A stretch of 64,000 bases of DNA, taken from Hyaloraphidium curvatum SAG 235-1 (lineage: Eukaryota; Fungi; Monoblepharomycota). Positions 34,880-44,725 of the stretch are shown one piece after another. Position numbers and translations under genes: made by a program. Location of the stretch: positions 657,312 to 721,311 of the forward strand of contig JAIVFI010000019.1 of the NCBI GenBank assembly GCA_025558095.1. Reading direction: 5' to 3'. Each line of letters begins with the position of its first letter. Within the stretch, counting starts at the first letter, position 1. The notes beneath the pieces are model-generated. The model was not told where the DNA came from, ran no database searches, and saw only the letters and a program-made list of their open reading frames with translations.

Positions 34880-35758
34880 ATGATTTGCCCGACGACAGTG
34901 GCGCCGCTGAGTTGCGACGGGTGCGCGAGGAGGCGCGTGCGGTGCGACCGTGGATCGCCGTGCGGGCTCTGCGAGGAGCTCGGGACGGCGTGCACGTATG
35001 ACCGGAGGGTGGGCAAGCGCGGGCCCAAGCGGGCCGAGCGGCGGATTGGGGCAGATGCCGGCGGCGATTACCCTGGCCGGCGGGGCGCTGCCTACGGAGG
35101 GGCGTGGCGAGGCTCGGCAACGGATGCTGCGGCCGCCATTGGCACCTTGGGTGACATCGGGTCGAGCAGCGGGGCCGGGCTGAGTTGTCAGCAGGTACAG
35201 GGGCCAGGACAGATCGTCCCGGCCGGCCACTTCGCGCGCGCAGACCCGGCGTCCTGGCTCCTTTCCGCCCCGTCGGCGCAGTATGTCTGCCTTCCGGTGA
35301 ACTTGAACTTGCGCCAACCCATTCCGTGCAGAGACGTTGCTGCCCAAGACTTGACGGCGCAAATGGACCCCAGTGTGCTGGCCTTCCTCCCCTCGCCCGC
35401 GCCATCGATCGACTTGGCGGGTGTGAGCATACAGCACGCATCTTTTGCCAACCCGCGATTCAGCTCCCTTATGGAGCCGTTAGGGCCCTACGATGACCTG
35501 CAGGGGTGAGCCGACCTCTCCATCTGGTCCGAGATACGCCCTGCTGACCCACCGTCGCGCAGGGCCATGGATCCAGTAGGGGTCGACTACCTCAGCTTCC
35601 GTGCGGTGAACAGCCAGGTCCTAGACCCGACCGCCAGCCCGTGGACGCCCTACAGCGATGAGGATCCCTGGCCGGCGAGCTCCCGCGAGGCGTACGAGGA
35701 GGGGATAGTCCTGGCGCTGTTGAGGCAGCTGGCTGCGTCGGGTTGGCCTGCAATCTAG
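34880..35758 (+). CDS. Zn(II)2Cys6 transcription factor (short)
   Basis: SCDGCARRRVRCDRGSPCGLCEELGTACTY..KRGPK. Start and splicing approximate. Confidence 0.8.
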
Positions 35759-35919
35759 TACCAAAGCAACTTGCGGATAGAGGCCTCGCCTTCGCTGATT
35801 GACGATCATGCAGTGCGCCAACCGGTCTGCGCGGGCATAATGTCAACCCGGGTCAGCAAAGCCAAACAACGACTCAACACCATCTTCGAAAAGTGCCTCC
35901 CGCGACCGAATCGGCTGCC

Positions 35920-36831
35920 ATGTCGACCCAAACCCCGCCTCCCGCGAGTACCGCGTCCCCTGGCCGCCGCCTCCGCGAGCTGCTCGCGCGCCCGGGCCTC
36001 GTCGTCGCGCCGGGCGTGTTTGACGGCCTCTCTGCGCTGCTGCTCGCGCGGCAGCCCGCCGACGCGGCGTACATGACCGGCTTCGGCGTCGCCGCGTCGC
36101 TCGGCATGCCCGACGCCGGCCTCGCCACGCTGTCCGAGATGGCCGCCCGCGTGCGCCTCGTCGCCTCGGCCTCCAGAGCGCCGCTCATCGCCGACGCCGA
36201 CACGGGGTTCGGCGGGCTGCTCAACGTGCGGCACGCCGTGCGCGCCTACGAGAACGCGGGCGCCGCGGCGATGCAGCTGGAGGACCAGGAGTTCCCGAAA
36301 AAGTGCGGCCACACGCCCGGCAGGCGCGTCATCCGCAAGGAGGACATGGTCAACAAGATCAGGGTCGCGGTGGCGGCGAGGAGGGACCCGGACTTTGTCA
36401 TCATCGCGCGCACCGACGCCCGGACGTCGCTCGGGCTGGACGAGGCCATCGCGAGGGGCAAGGCCTACGCCGCCGCGGGCGCCGACGTGGTCTTTATCGA
36501 GTCACCCGAGTCCGAAGCCGAGCTCGAGCGCGTGGGCAAGGAGCTCGCGGGCGTGCCGCTGCTGGCCAACATGGTCGAGGGCGGGAGGACGCCTGTGCTG
36601 CCCAGGGAGAGGCTGGTGGAGCTGGGGTTCAAGATCGCCATCTACCCAGTCACCGGCCTCCTCGCCGCCGCCGGTGCCATGGACGCGGCCTATGGGCACA
36701 TCGTTGGCACGGGGAGCAGCATCGGTGCCGCGGCCGGAGCGCCTTTGTCTTTCAAGGGGGTCACCGAGGTGGTCGGGTTCCCGGACGTGTGGGCGTTCGA
36801 GAAGGAGTGGGCCGACGCCGAGGCCAAGTAG
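35920..36831 (+). CDS. Isocitrate lyase / PEP mutase superfamily lyase (2,3-dimethylmalate lyase / oxaloacetate acetylhydrolase / methylisocitrate lyase-like)
   Basis: Intronless; YMTGFG, DADTGFG, EDQEFPKKCGH, IIARTDA, ANMVEGG. Confidence 0.9.
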   Translation: MSTQTPPPASTASPGRRLRELLARPGLVVAPGVFDGLSALLLARQPADAAYMTGFGVAASLGMPDAGLATLSEMAARVRLVASASRAPLIADADTGFGGLLNVRHAVRAYENAGAAAMQLEDQEFPKKCGHTPGRRVIRKEDMVNKIRVAVAARRDPDFVIIARTDARTSLGLDEAIARGKAYAAAGADVVFIESPESEAELERVGKELAGVPLLANMVEGGRTPVLPRERLVELGFKIAIYPVTGLLAAAGAMDAAYGHIVGTGSSIGAAAGAPLSFKGVTEVVGFPDVWAFEKEWADAEAK

Positions 36832-37066
36832 GGTAGCGAGGACGACTCAACCATGACCGGCGGTCGAGCCGATGATCCAAAGGAGGAACGATGTAGTACA
36901 AGCTAGGCTCCAGACACGTCGCCATATTGTTGGGTCGGTCGGCCCGTAGAGGTGGCACCCAAGGCGGGACCCAGGCACCACCCCCGGAGGTCACCCCTTC
37001 GCCGGAGGCCGCAGGTCACGCCGCGTAGGAGGACATGAGCCAAACCGGCAGCGACAGCGGCCCAGG

Positions 37067-38149
37067 ATGCGCATATCGTTCACCCAGCTGCGGAACGCGT
37101 CCCTATTGGCTGCCCTGGCCGGCGTGGCCGCGCTCTCCTTCGCCGCCTTCTCGGACCAAAGTGGACAAATCCGCGCCACCGCCGCCCCCGAGCGCTGTAC
37201 TTTCCGGCGGCCTGCGCGGCGCGGCGAGCGGCGGCTGCTCGTCATGAGCCCCGGCGGCGTCGGCGCGACCGAAACCATCCGCGCGCTCGCCACTTCCCTG
37301 GCCCCTGCCAACTGGACGCTCAACGACGCGGACAACCGCGACGGGGCGAAGCATGTCCATCCCGGGGACCCCTGGAGGCGGCGTGCGGTGGAGTGCTTCG
37401 CGCCGGACCGCGTGCTCTACGTGTTCGGGGACCCGGGGGCGGCGGTGCGGGCGCACTACAGGCGCAAGTGGGTCGGGCAGCATTTGTCGCTGCTGGCGCC
37501 GTACCTGGGGCGTTTGGGGGGGTCGGGTGCTCGTCACATCGGACTCCGCGGGGGCCACGCACGGCAGGGGGTCGGTGATCCGGCCGCGGAGACCCCCCGG
37601 ACGGCCGCCATTCGGCGCGCCTGGAACCGCAGCCCCCGCGGCGTGCTCTCGTCCGACCTGGGACTCTACTGTGCCGCCGCAATGCAGGCGGGCTCCGAGC
37701 TCGGCGACGGTCCCTTGGACCTCCTCGGCCAGGACGCCTTCATGGACGCGTGGCTGCGGCTCTACGGGGCTTCGCTGGACGGGATGCCTCCCGCGGAGAG
37801 CGCAAACGCTACGGGGCGGGGTCTGCCGTTCAGGTCTGGCATAGACCGGCCCGCGCCGTTCCCGGGGGCGCCGATGCTCCTCCTCGACTTCCCCTCCTTC
37901 GCCTCCGGCGCCGCACGCGACAGGCTGGCATCCTTCCTCTCCGTCCCCGCGGACGCCGTCCCCCTCGTCGGGGTGAAGCCGCGGCGCTCAGGTGCCACCT
38001 TCCGGGGGAAGTGCACGCGGGGATTCGGGGGCCGGGACGCCGACGCCGCCGCGGATGTCTTGGATCGGATGTACGGGGAGATGTATCGGAGGATGGGGAG
38101 GTGGAACGGGGTGCTATTGGAGCGGCCGGTCGGGGCCGGGGGCGGCTAG
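37067..38149 (+). CDS. Hypothetical secretory-pathway protein, possible sulfotransferase-like P-loop fold
   Basis: Intronless; N-terminal hydrophobic anchor; LLVMSPGGVGATE and VLYVFGDP..AVRAHYRR loosely resemble 5'-PSB and 3'-PB motifs. Confidence 0.55.
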   Translation: MRISFTQLRNASLLAALAGVAALSFAAFSDQSGQIRATAAPERCTFRRPARRGERRLLVMSPGGVGATETIRALATSLAPANWTLNDADNRDGAKHVHPGDPWRRRAVECFAPDRVLYVFGDPGAAVRAHYRRKWVGQHLSLLAPYLGRLGGSGARHIGLRGGHARQGVGDPAAETPRTAAIRRAWNRSPRGVLSSDLGLYCAAAMQAGSELGDGPLDLLGQDAFMDAWLRLYGASLDGMPPAESANATGRGLPFRSGIDRPAPFPGAPMLLLDFPSFASGAARDRLASFLSVPADAVPLVGVKPRRSGATFRGKCTRGFGGRDADAAADVLDRMYGEMYRRMGRWNGVLLERPVGAGGG

Positions 38150-38200
38150 CACCCGCGATCGTGCCGGTGCTTTCCGACTCGCTGCTTCCGCCTGTCCTGA

Positions 38201-38376
38201 GGCCACTGGGAACCTGCGGTCGGCGCTCGTTGGGGCAACTTTACACACATGTCGTACCTGGTCACGGACGACAGGTGCAGGAGGACACGGCGGGGCGGTA
38301 CCCGATCCAGGTGCTCAACTCGGTCGATTCGGACATCAACGCGCTCAACTACGGCCTGCACAACGGGCGCAGGGTC
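38201..38376 (+). pseudogene. Inverted, decayed fragment of the chitin deacetylase gene (copy of ~24738-24926)
   Basis: Matches the reverse complement of 24738-24926; 38311-38359 is identical to the source; indels elsewhere. Confidence 0.9.
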
Positions 38377-38463
38377 CGGTGTGTCGACGTTAGAACTGCA
38401 TCACCCGGGTAATGCCGGGCCAGCGAAGAGCAACATGTCTTCAAAAATGAGGCGGACGATCCG

Positions 38464-40395
38464 TCAACGGTCCGGCGCTTGCCACACCGCCGGCACTCCG
38501 ACGTCCACCTTCTCGCCCTGCACCACGAACCCCGCCAGCCCCCGCTGCGCCAGGAGGCAAGCAATCGCCGTGGTCAATTGCAATTCACCCCGCTCGTACT
38601 CTTGCGCCGCCGCGAGCCGTCGCAGCTCCTCGAACAGGTGCGGGCCGTAGATGTAGATCCCGAAGAAGGAGAGGTACTGCTCCGTCACCCCGTCCATCGT
38701 CAGGTGGGCCCGGGCGTACTCGGGGTCGGGCTTCTCGCGCACCTCGGCGACTCGCAGCGTCCGCCCGGGGTCGACCCACCCCCCCGCTGCAAAGCCGAAC
38801 CGCCCCAGGTCCGATTCAGGGGTCCCAACCAGCCCCACAGTGTCATCTTGCCCCGCAGCCTCGTGGGCATCCAGCACCTGTGCCACGCATCCCTTTTCTG
38901 AGGAGGTGCGGAACCAGTGGTCCCCCAGCACGACGACCGTGTCCCCCGGGATGGTGAAATGCGGCTCGGCGAGCATCACCGCGTGCCCCAGCCCGCGTGC
39001 CTCGCTCTGGGTCGCGATCCGCACGCGCTTCCCCGCGTCGGCGATCCGCCGCGCCTCGGCCCGGCCCGCTTCGTCGAGCTTGGCCTCGAGCTCCGGCTCG
39101 GGCGAGAAGAAGGCCCGGAACACGTCCTCCTCCCCTTCCCGCGCGACGATGACCACCTCCTCAATTCCGGCGTCAAGCAGCTCCGAAACGTGCTTCCAGA
39201 TCAGCGGCCTCACGATCCCGCCGTCGGGAACGGGGAGGAACTCCTTCCTCACGAGCTTGGTCAGCGGGTACAGCCGCGTGCCCCTCCCCGCGGCGGTAAT
39301 CACAGCCCTCCTCGCGCGCCTGGCGGTCCGAGGCACGGTCAATGGCAGCGCGGTCAGACCTCGAGCGGCCATGAGCGCAAGCAGCCTGTCCCGGTGTTCC
39401 GCGGAGCGGCCGACGAACTGCGCCGAGCCGTCGCCGCCGGATCCGACCCCCTTGCCGCCGTATACGAGAGGGAGCACCTCGGGGTCGGAGAGCAGCTCGT
39501 GGAGCGCCGGCGCGGAGAGCTGGTCCGGGCACAGCGGGGCGAGGGAGGCGTCGAAGAGGGACTGTGCCTCTGACATGAGCGAGCCCAGGCGGGCAGGGTC
39601 GCCTGCGGCCAGGGCGGCACGTGCGGCATCCACGATGCGAGCGTTCTCGGACCCGAGGAAGGCGTGAGCGCGATGGTGGTCGTCGCAGGCTGGGGAGGGG
39701 TAGGCGGCGTTCAGCGCCGCGAGGATCCGCACGGTGTCCTTGCTGCGGTTCAGGTCGACGACGGCGAGGTGGAAGTCGGCCCCCACGGAGAGCGCCTCGG
39801 TCGCCACGGCGTCCCCGTCGAACGACATGAGCACGGGCCGGGAGCCGAAAGCGCAGCCCTGGTCCATGCGGCCGCAGCGCGACGGCGTTGAGGTCTCGCC
39901 GCGATAGGCATAATCCATCTCGGCCTCGGTGCTCAGACCGAGGTTGTGGGCGAGGGAAAACGCCCGCGCGACAAGCACGCACACCGCGGCCGACGAGCTG
40001 AGGCCCTTCTTGACCGGCAGATCGCACGAGAGCACCTCAATGTCGAGACCAGATTTGACCTCCACTCCCGTTTGTCCCCCAAAAGCCTCAAGGAGTTGGA
40101 GCGCGACGCCGGCCGCGTACGAAAAGAACCCGCCCTCGGCGGCCAGCTGCCGCAGCTCGCCCGCGTCCATCGCCACATCGAGTGTCCGAATCTCCCCATC
40201 GTCGGTGGGCGTCCGCAGCCGGAACCGCCCGTCCGTCCGCCGCGCCGCGGTCGCGCGGAGTCCCTGGTCGGTCCCCGTCAATAAACACGCGCCGGGCACG
40301 ACGGAGGGGTTTGTCCGACGATGTCCGCCCGCCCAATCGGAGTGCTCGCCAAAGAGACAGAGCCGGCCCGGGACGAAGAGCGGGATTCGCTCCAT
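38464..40395 (-). CDS. Bifunctional GHMP-family sugar kinase / sugar-1-phosphate nucleotidyltransferase (GalU-like) fusion
   Basis: Intronless 643 aa. N-terminal half: PGRLCLFGEHSD, LPVKKGLSSSAA, GGKGVGSGGDG. C-terminal half: AVITAAGRGTRLYPLTK..KEFLP, GLGHAV, LGD, EKP, GELQLT. Confidence 0.9.
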   Translation of the reverse strand: MERIPLFVPGRLCLFGEHSDWAGGHRRTNPSVVPGACLLTGTDQGLRATAARRTDGRFRLRTPTDDGEIRTLDVAMDAGELRQLAAEGGFFSYAAGVALQLLEAFGGQTGVEVKSGLDIEVLSCDLPVKKGLSSSAAVCVLVARAFSLAHNLGLSTEAEMDYAYRGETSTPSRCGRMDQGCAFGSRPVLMSFDGDAVATEALSVGADFHLAVVDLNRSKDTVRILAALNAAYPSPACDDHHRAHAFLGSENARIVDAARAALAAGDPARLGSLMSEAQSLFDASLAPLCPDQLSAPALHELLSDPEVLPLVYGGKGVGSGGDGSAQFVGRSAEHRDRLLALMAARGLTALPLTVPRTARRARRAVITAAGRGTRLYPLTKLVRKEFLPVPDGGIVRPLIWKHVSELLDAGIEEVVIVAREGEEDVFRAFFSPEPELEAKLDEAGRAEARRIADAGKRVRIATQSEARGLGHAVMLAEPHFTIPGDTVVVLGDHWFRTSSEKGCVAQVLDAHEAAGQDDTVGLVGTPESDLGRFGFAAGGWVDPGRTLRVAEVREKPDPEYARAHLTMDGVTEQYLSFFGIYIYGPHLFEELRRLAAAQEYERGELQLTTAIACLLAQRGLAGFVVQGEKVDVGVPAVWQAPDR

Positions 40396-40580
40396 TTGGG
40401 GGAGCGGTGAGGAGGGAGGCGCAACGGCTCCCTACGTCAGACCGGAAGTCCTCATCGCGCGTCCCCTGTCTGAGCCCGCTATTGCTTTGCAACGGGCAGC
40501 AGATAGCTAGGTCGAAGGAGCCACAACCAGTGGGACGCAAAAATTGTCCATCAGACGGACTTCACACTGCCCCGCCACAA

Positions 40581-42800
40581 TCACCCCGACCCCGTCCTCC
40601 CGTTGCGCGTCCGCAGCACAGTTGCGATCCACGCCTCGCCCAACAGCACCGTCTCGGCAAACGACGGGAACGCACCGCCCTCGGGGCCCTCGTCCGCGAC
40701 CACGAGCCGCTTGGTGTCCTCGATCATGGTGCGGAAGCTGCGCGCAATGGGACCTGCAAACACGCCGGTCAGCGAATCGAACGACGTCCGAGGACGCGCG
40801 GCGATCCCACTCAAAGCCTCGACGCCCAGCGCCGCCATCGCCTCCACGAACCCCGCCGCGACCTCCACGTCCTCCACCCAACCCTCCAGCCCGCCGAACT
40901 CGGCAGCCGATTTCCTCCCCCCCGCCGCCAGGCACGTCCTCAGCGCCGCGGCCTGCAGGCCGCCGATCGCCAGCGCGGGGATCGACGCCGAGGTCCAGCA
41001 GTACAGCAGTCCCGGGTCGGCGGCGAGCAGGCACCGCATGATGCCTGTGCCCACCGTGGCGCATTCCAGGGCGGCGAGGAACTGCGGCGAGGCGAAGAAG
41101 GGGGTGCCGGGGTTGCGGGCGTGGTAGCTGCCCGGCGGGGCGGAGAACCACGAGCGGATGCCGGCGCCGAGGCAGCCCAGGAAGAGGGAAAGGAAGCAGC
41201 ATGCTTCGTGGGGGGTGTCAAAGTAGCCCAGCGAGGGGACCAGCAGGGGGGCAGGGTCGCCGGAGGTGACGGCCGTGCCGGCGGGTTCGGGGAAGGAACT
41301 CAGGATGGAGGAGACGGCGGCGTCCGAGGTGGCGGCCAGGAGGCGGTACTCGGACTCGGCGTCCGTCTCGGAGGTCAGGGGAGGGTGAGAGGCGAGCTCG
41401 GTGGGGTCGATGCCGGCGGCCGCCGCGGTGATCCGCAGGCGCTCGCCCATTCGGAGCAGGAGGGCGACGACGAAAAGGAGGCCCATCCGGGAGCACCGCC
41501 GCGAGAGGATGTTCGGCACCACGGGCGCGACGGCAGCGGCGCACGCGGCCGGGTCGGGATACGCCCCGACAAACGGCGAGAGGTCCACCACCATCCTCGG
41601 CGGCGAGACAAGGTGCATCAGTCCCTGGGTCAGGGGCAGCTCCATGATGGACTCGGCGATCGGCATCGCCAGCGGGATCCGGAACCCGGAATCGCCCAGC
41701 CGAGAGGGCTCCTGGGTGATCTGGGCGGCCAGCTGGTCGGCGCAGACGACAAAGATCCTCAGGCGGAGCACCAGCTCGCGCCGCAGCTCGGCCCACGGGT
41801 CCGCCGGCATCATGGGACCGCCGTTGGCCGACGCCGTCCGCCGCATGTCCCTGTTGCGGTCGCAGAGGTCCTGCTCTCGGTCCAGCTCCGCGGTCGTCGA
41901 CAGCAGAGTGGCCACGACGGGGTCCAGGTCGGCCTTCATGCCGATCGGCAGCGCGGCTGACGCAAGCAGTGCCGCGGACTGGGCGGCCTCGAGGGTAGAG
42001 AGGGTGCGCGATGCCCAGCCGGCGAGGAGAAGGTCCCGCGCTTGGGCAAAGAAGGAGCGCGCGGCGGCCAGCCGGTCGGCATCGGGCAAGGCAACTTCCG
42101 CCAGGCGCGCCGAGCGGGCGGCGGCGGCGAGGAGGAGCACCGAAGGACGGCGGCCGTAGAGCGGCGACACCACGCCGCGGGCCGAGACGTCGTGCGGGTC
42201 CGCGGCTTCCGCGGCAAAGGCGGCTTCGAAAGCGCCGCGGTGGAGCAGGGGTGTGGCCACGTTGTGTACCCGCCAATAGGCTTCAACGGCGGCCAGCAGC
42301 AGGTAGTCGGGAGCAGCAGGGGGGGCGGGCGGAGGGGCGGCCGGCCAATGAGGGGACGGCGGGGCGGCGGGCAGCGTCACCGCCAGGGGAAATTGGGGCG
42401 AATGAGTGGCCAGAGGTGGCGAGAAAGACGCTTGCGGCGCCCAGGTGGCCGGCGGCCAGAAAGTCGAGGGAGAAACGGGCGGCAGCGCGGCGGGAACGGG
42501 CGGGATAGCCCCTCCTGCGCTTGCCGTGCCCGGCGAAGGGCCATCGCCGGCCCGCCCGTCGTCCGCCGCGCCCAGGTCCGCACTGTGCCGATCGCCCGCG
42601 TCCGATCCCGGCGCCGGCGGGTTGTCCAGCGGAAGACCCTTCTTGAGCCGTTCCCGCTGCCGACGCGAAAGGCCGGGCTCCACGGGGCGGCATTCCTCGC
42701 CCAAACGCGAGCATCGCTGGCAGGCGCCACCTCCCCGCGACGGTCGGCACGGTCGTTTGCGGTCGGCGCAGCCCTGACACGCAGGCGTCTTGGGCGGCAT
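40581..42800 (-). CDS. Zn(II)2Cys6 transcription factor with middle-homology region
   Basis: ACQGCADRKRPCRP...CQRCSRLGEEC; YWRVHNVATPLLHRGAF; LEAAQ; ELRR. Confidence 0.85.
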   Translation of the reverse strand: MPPKTPACQGCADRKRPCRPSRGGGACQRCSRLGEECRPVEPGLSRRQRERLKKGLPLDNPPAPGSDAGDRHSADLGAADDGRAGDGPSPGTASAGGAIPPVPAALPPVSPSTFWPPATWAPQASFSPPLATHSPQFPLAVTLPAAPPSPHWPAAPPPAPPAAPDYLLLAAVEAYWRVHNVATPLLHRGAFEAAFAAEAADPHDVSARGVVSPLYGRRPSVLLLAAAARSARLAEVALPDADRLAAARSFFAQARDLLLAGWASRTLSTLEAAQSAALLASAALPIGMKADLDPVVATLLSTTAELDREQDLCDRNRDMRRTASANGGPMMPADPWAELRRELVLRLRIFVVCADQLAAQITQEPSRLGDSGFRIPLAMPIAESIMELPLTQGLMHLVSPPRMVVDLSPFVGAYPDPAACAAAVAPVVPNILSRRCSRMGLLFVVALLLRMGERLRITAAAAGIDPTELASHPPLTSETDAESEYRLLAATSDAAVSSILSSFPEPAGTAVTSGDPAPLLVPSLGYFDTPHEACCFLSLFLGCLGAGIRSWFSAPPGSYHARNPGTPFFASPQFLAALECATVGTGIMRCLLAADPGLLYCWTSASIPALAIGGLQAAALRTCLAAGGRKSAAEFGGLEGWVEDVEVAAGFVEAMAALGVEALSGIAARPRTSFDSLTGVFAGPIARSFRTMIEDTKRLVVADEGPEGGAFPSFAETVLLGEAWIATVLRTRNGRTGSG

Positions 42801-43352
42801 GCCTCCCGGGAACCGGAAAATCGTAGCAAGGGGTTTCACCGACGGCCGACAGCCAGGGTCCGCTCCTATCTGCGCCGTCCCTATTGTCCCGCACGTGGCA
42901 GGTATTTCTTCCCGGCAGCTTGTGTGCTTCGATACTTGGGAGCTGTTGTTGATCTGGGATGGGTTTCAGCTGAGCTGCCGGCCGGATCCGGGTTCGACCG
43001 TCGTCGTGCCGGTGTCACGGAGAAAGATAAACAACACGGCTCAAAATGGGCTTCGAATGAGCGGGGGGGCCTTGGAGTTTTAGTTGTTACGTCCGCCGTG
43101 TTGATCGATTTCTGTATATGGAGGTGAGTGGGGGCGTGTCGGCAGAGGGAAGATAAGCATCCTCCGTTAGCCGGCAAAGACCGAGAGTGGATGTGGAGCC
43201 CTCCAAACGTGTTGCGTTCGGTGCTTCGAACGTGGACGTGCCGTCTTGACCGGGGGTGCCTGCGATTGGTGATCCGCTTTGCCGCCCGAGTGAACGCGTC
43301 CGAGCACCGAAGCACCTCAAAGACTCCCGCCGCCCCTCCCTCTTTTCCCCCA

Positions 43353-44396
43353 ATGGCCGCCTTCTCCAGCAGCCTCCGACTCGCCCTCGCCGCGCTCGCC
43401 GCGCTGGCCCTCGCCCGGGCGGCGCCGGCGTCGGCGGCCGTGTACCTCTCGACCGCCGCGTTCGAGCGGCCCAACTGCCAGGGCAACGCGACGAGTGGGT
43501 CTCCGCGGCGCGCTCGCAGCCGCACCTGACCTTGCCACCCATCCGCCCCTCCGCCTGCTGCCGACGCGGCCCCGGCCCGTGCGTCCGCCCGGCGCACCCG
43601 CCGTCCCCGCCGGCTCAGCCGTCGTCACGACGCCCAACCCCGCCGCGTCGTGCGCCGACCTCCCGCAGGCGTCGCTGGACAGGTGCGTGCCCGTTAACGG
43701 GACGTTTGGCGCCGTGTTTTGCGGAACCGAGGTGGGTGCTGGTCCTCCAGGTGCTCGGGCCGGCGCTGAGTCCACTCTCCCCCGTCACCGCCCCTTCTCC
43801 GTGTCCAACCACCGCATTCCGCCCCTCTTCAGTTTATCGCCAAGCCTCCCCCGACGTCTTCGGGCACCTGTGCGTGCCCCCCGTGGCGGCCCACGCCCAC
43901 GTCGCTGACCTCCCCCGCCCAGACGCCCGCGGAACCCTCTTCACCGACGCCACCTGCACCAACGCAAGCGTCCAAATCGCCGTGCAGGACCTGCGCTGCG
44001 AGTCGCTGGCTCCCTTCGGCGTCGCCGTCTACGGGTTCGTTCCCTCTCTCCCTCGAATCGTCTCCGTTCGTCCTGACCCAGCGACGTGGCAGACGTCCCG
44101 AATGCCAGCCCTCGGGCCTCGCGGTGCTCACCGTCTTCTCCGACGTCCTCTGCACCCAGCCCTTCGGCCTCTCCGTGAACCTCACCGAATCCACTTGCTC
44201 GCCCGTGCTCGCCTTCTCCCTGCGCGGGGGGTGCTTCACCGCCTCCCCCGCCACCACCAGCAGCAGCATCACCGCGACGGCCACGAGCACGGCGACTACG
44301 GCCACGCCGACGAGCAAGCCCGCGGGGGCCGGGAGGAGGACCGCGGGATGGTTGGCCGCGGTGGGAGCGGTGGCGGTCGCGGTTGCCATGCCGTGA
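43353..44396 (+). CDS. Small Cys-containing secreted, probably GPI-anchored protein
   Basis: Signal peptide MAAFSSSLRLALAALAALALA; repeated F.D..CT motifs across exons; Thr-rich stalk and hydrophobic C-terminus. Confidence 0.7.
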
Positions 44397-44725
44397 AGGG
44401 GCCGAATGATGAGTGAGTGGGAAGAGCCGGATCTGCTGGTCTGATCTGGACGATGTAGGGGCTGAATATGATATCCCTTCCTTGGTCGATAGCTGAGGGG
44501 AGCACGGAAGTGCCGAACGGAGCGTGCCGATCAAGGTTGTCTTGCACGAGACGCCTACCACGAAAGAGACGCGATTCAGGTTCCGAGCGAGCATGAAGGC
44601 CCGGAGATTGATTGGATGCCGAAATTGATCGGACGGTCATGTTTGCCGGTGGCAACCTCGAGGACCCTGACTGGCCGTCCCCAAATCCGGAACCCCCGAC
44701 CAACTCCAGTCAACGTAGCGGGACG

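Noticed and set aside
35920-40395. Phosphonate biosynthesis cluster (PEP mutase plus nucleotidyltransferase)
   Set aside because: The ICL-family protein has EDQEFPKKCGH, the lyase-type motif, not the PEP mutase EDKxxxxxNS motif, and no phosphonopyruvate decarboxylase is nearby.
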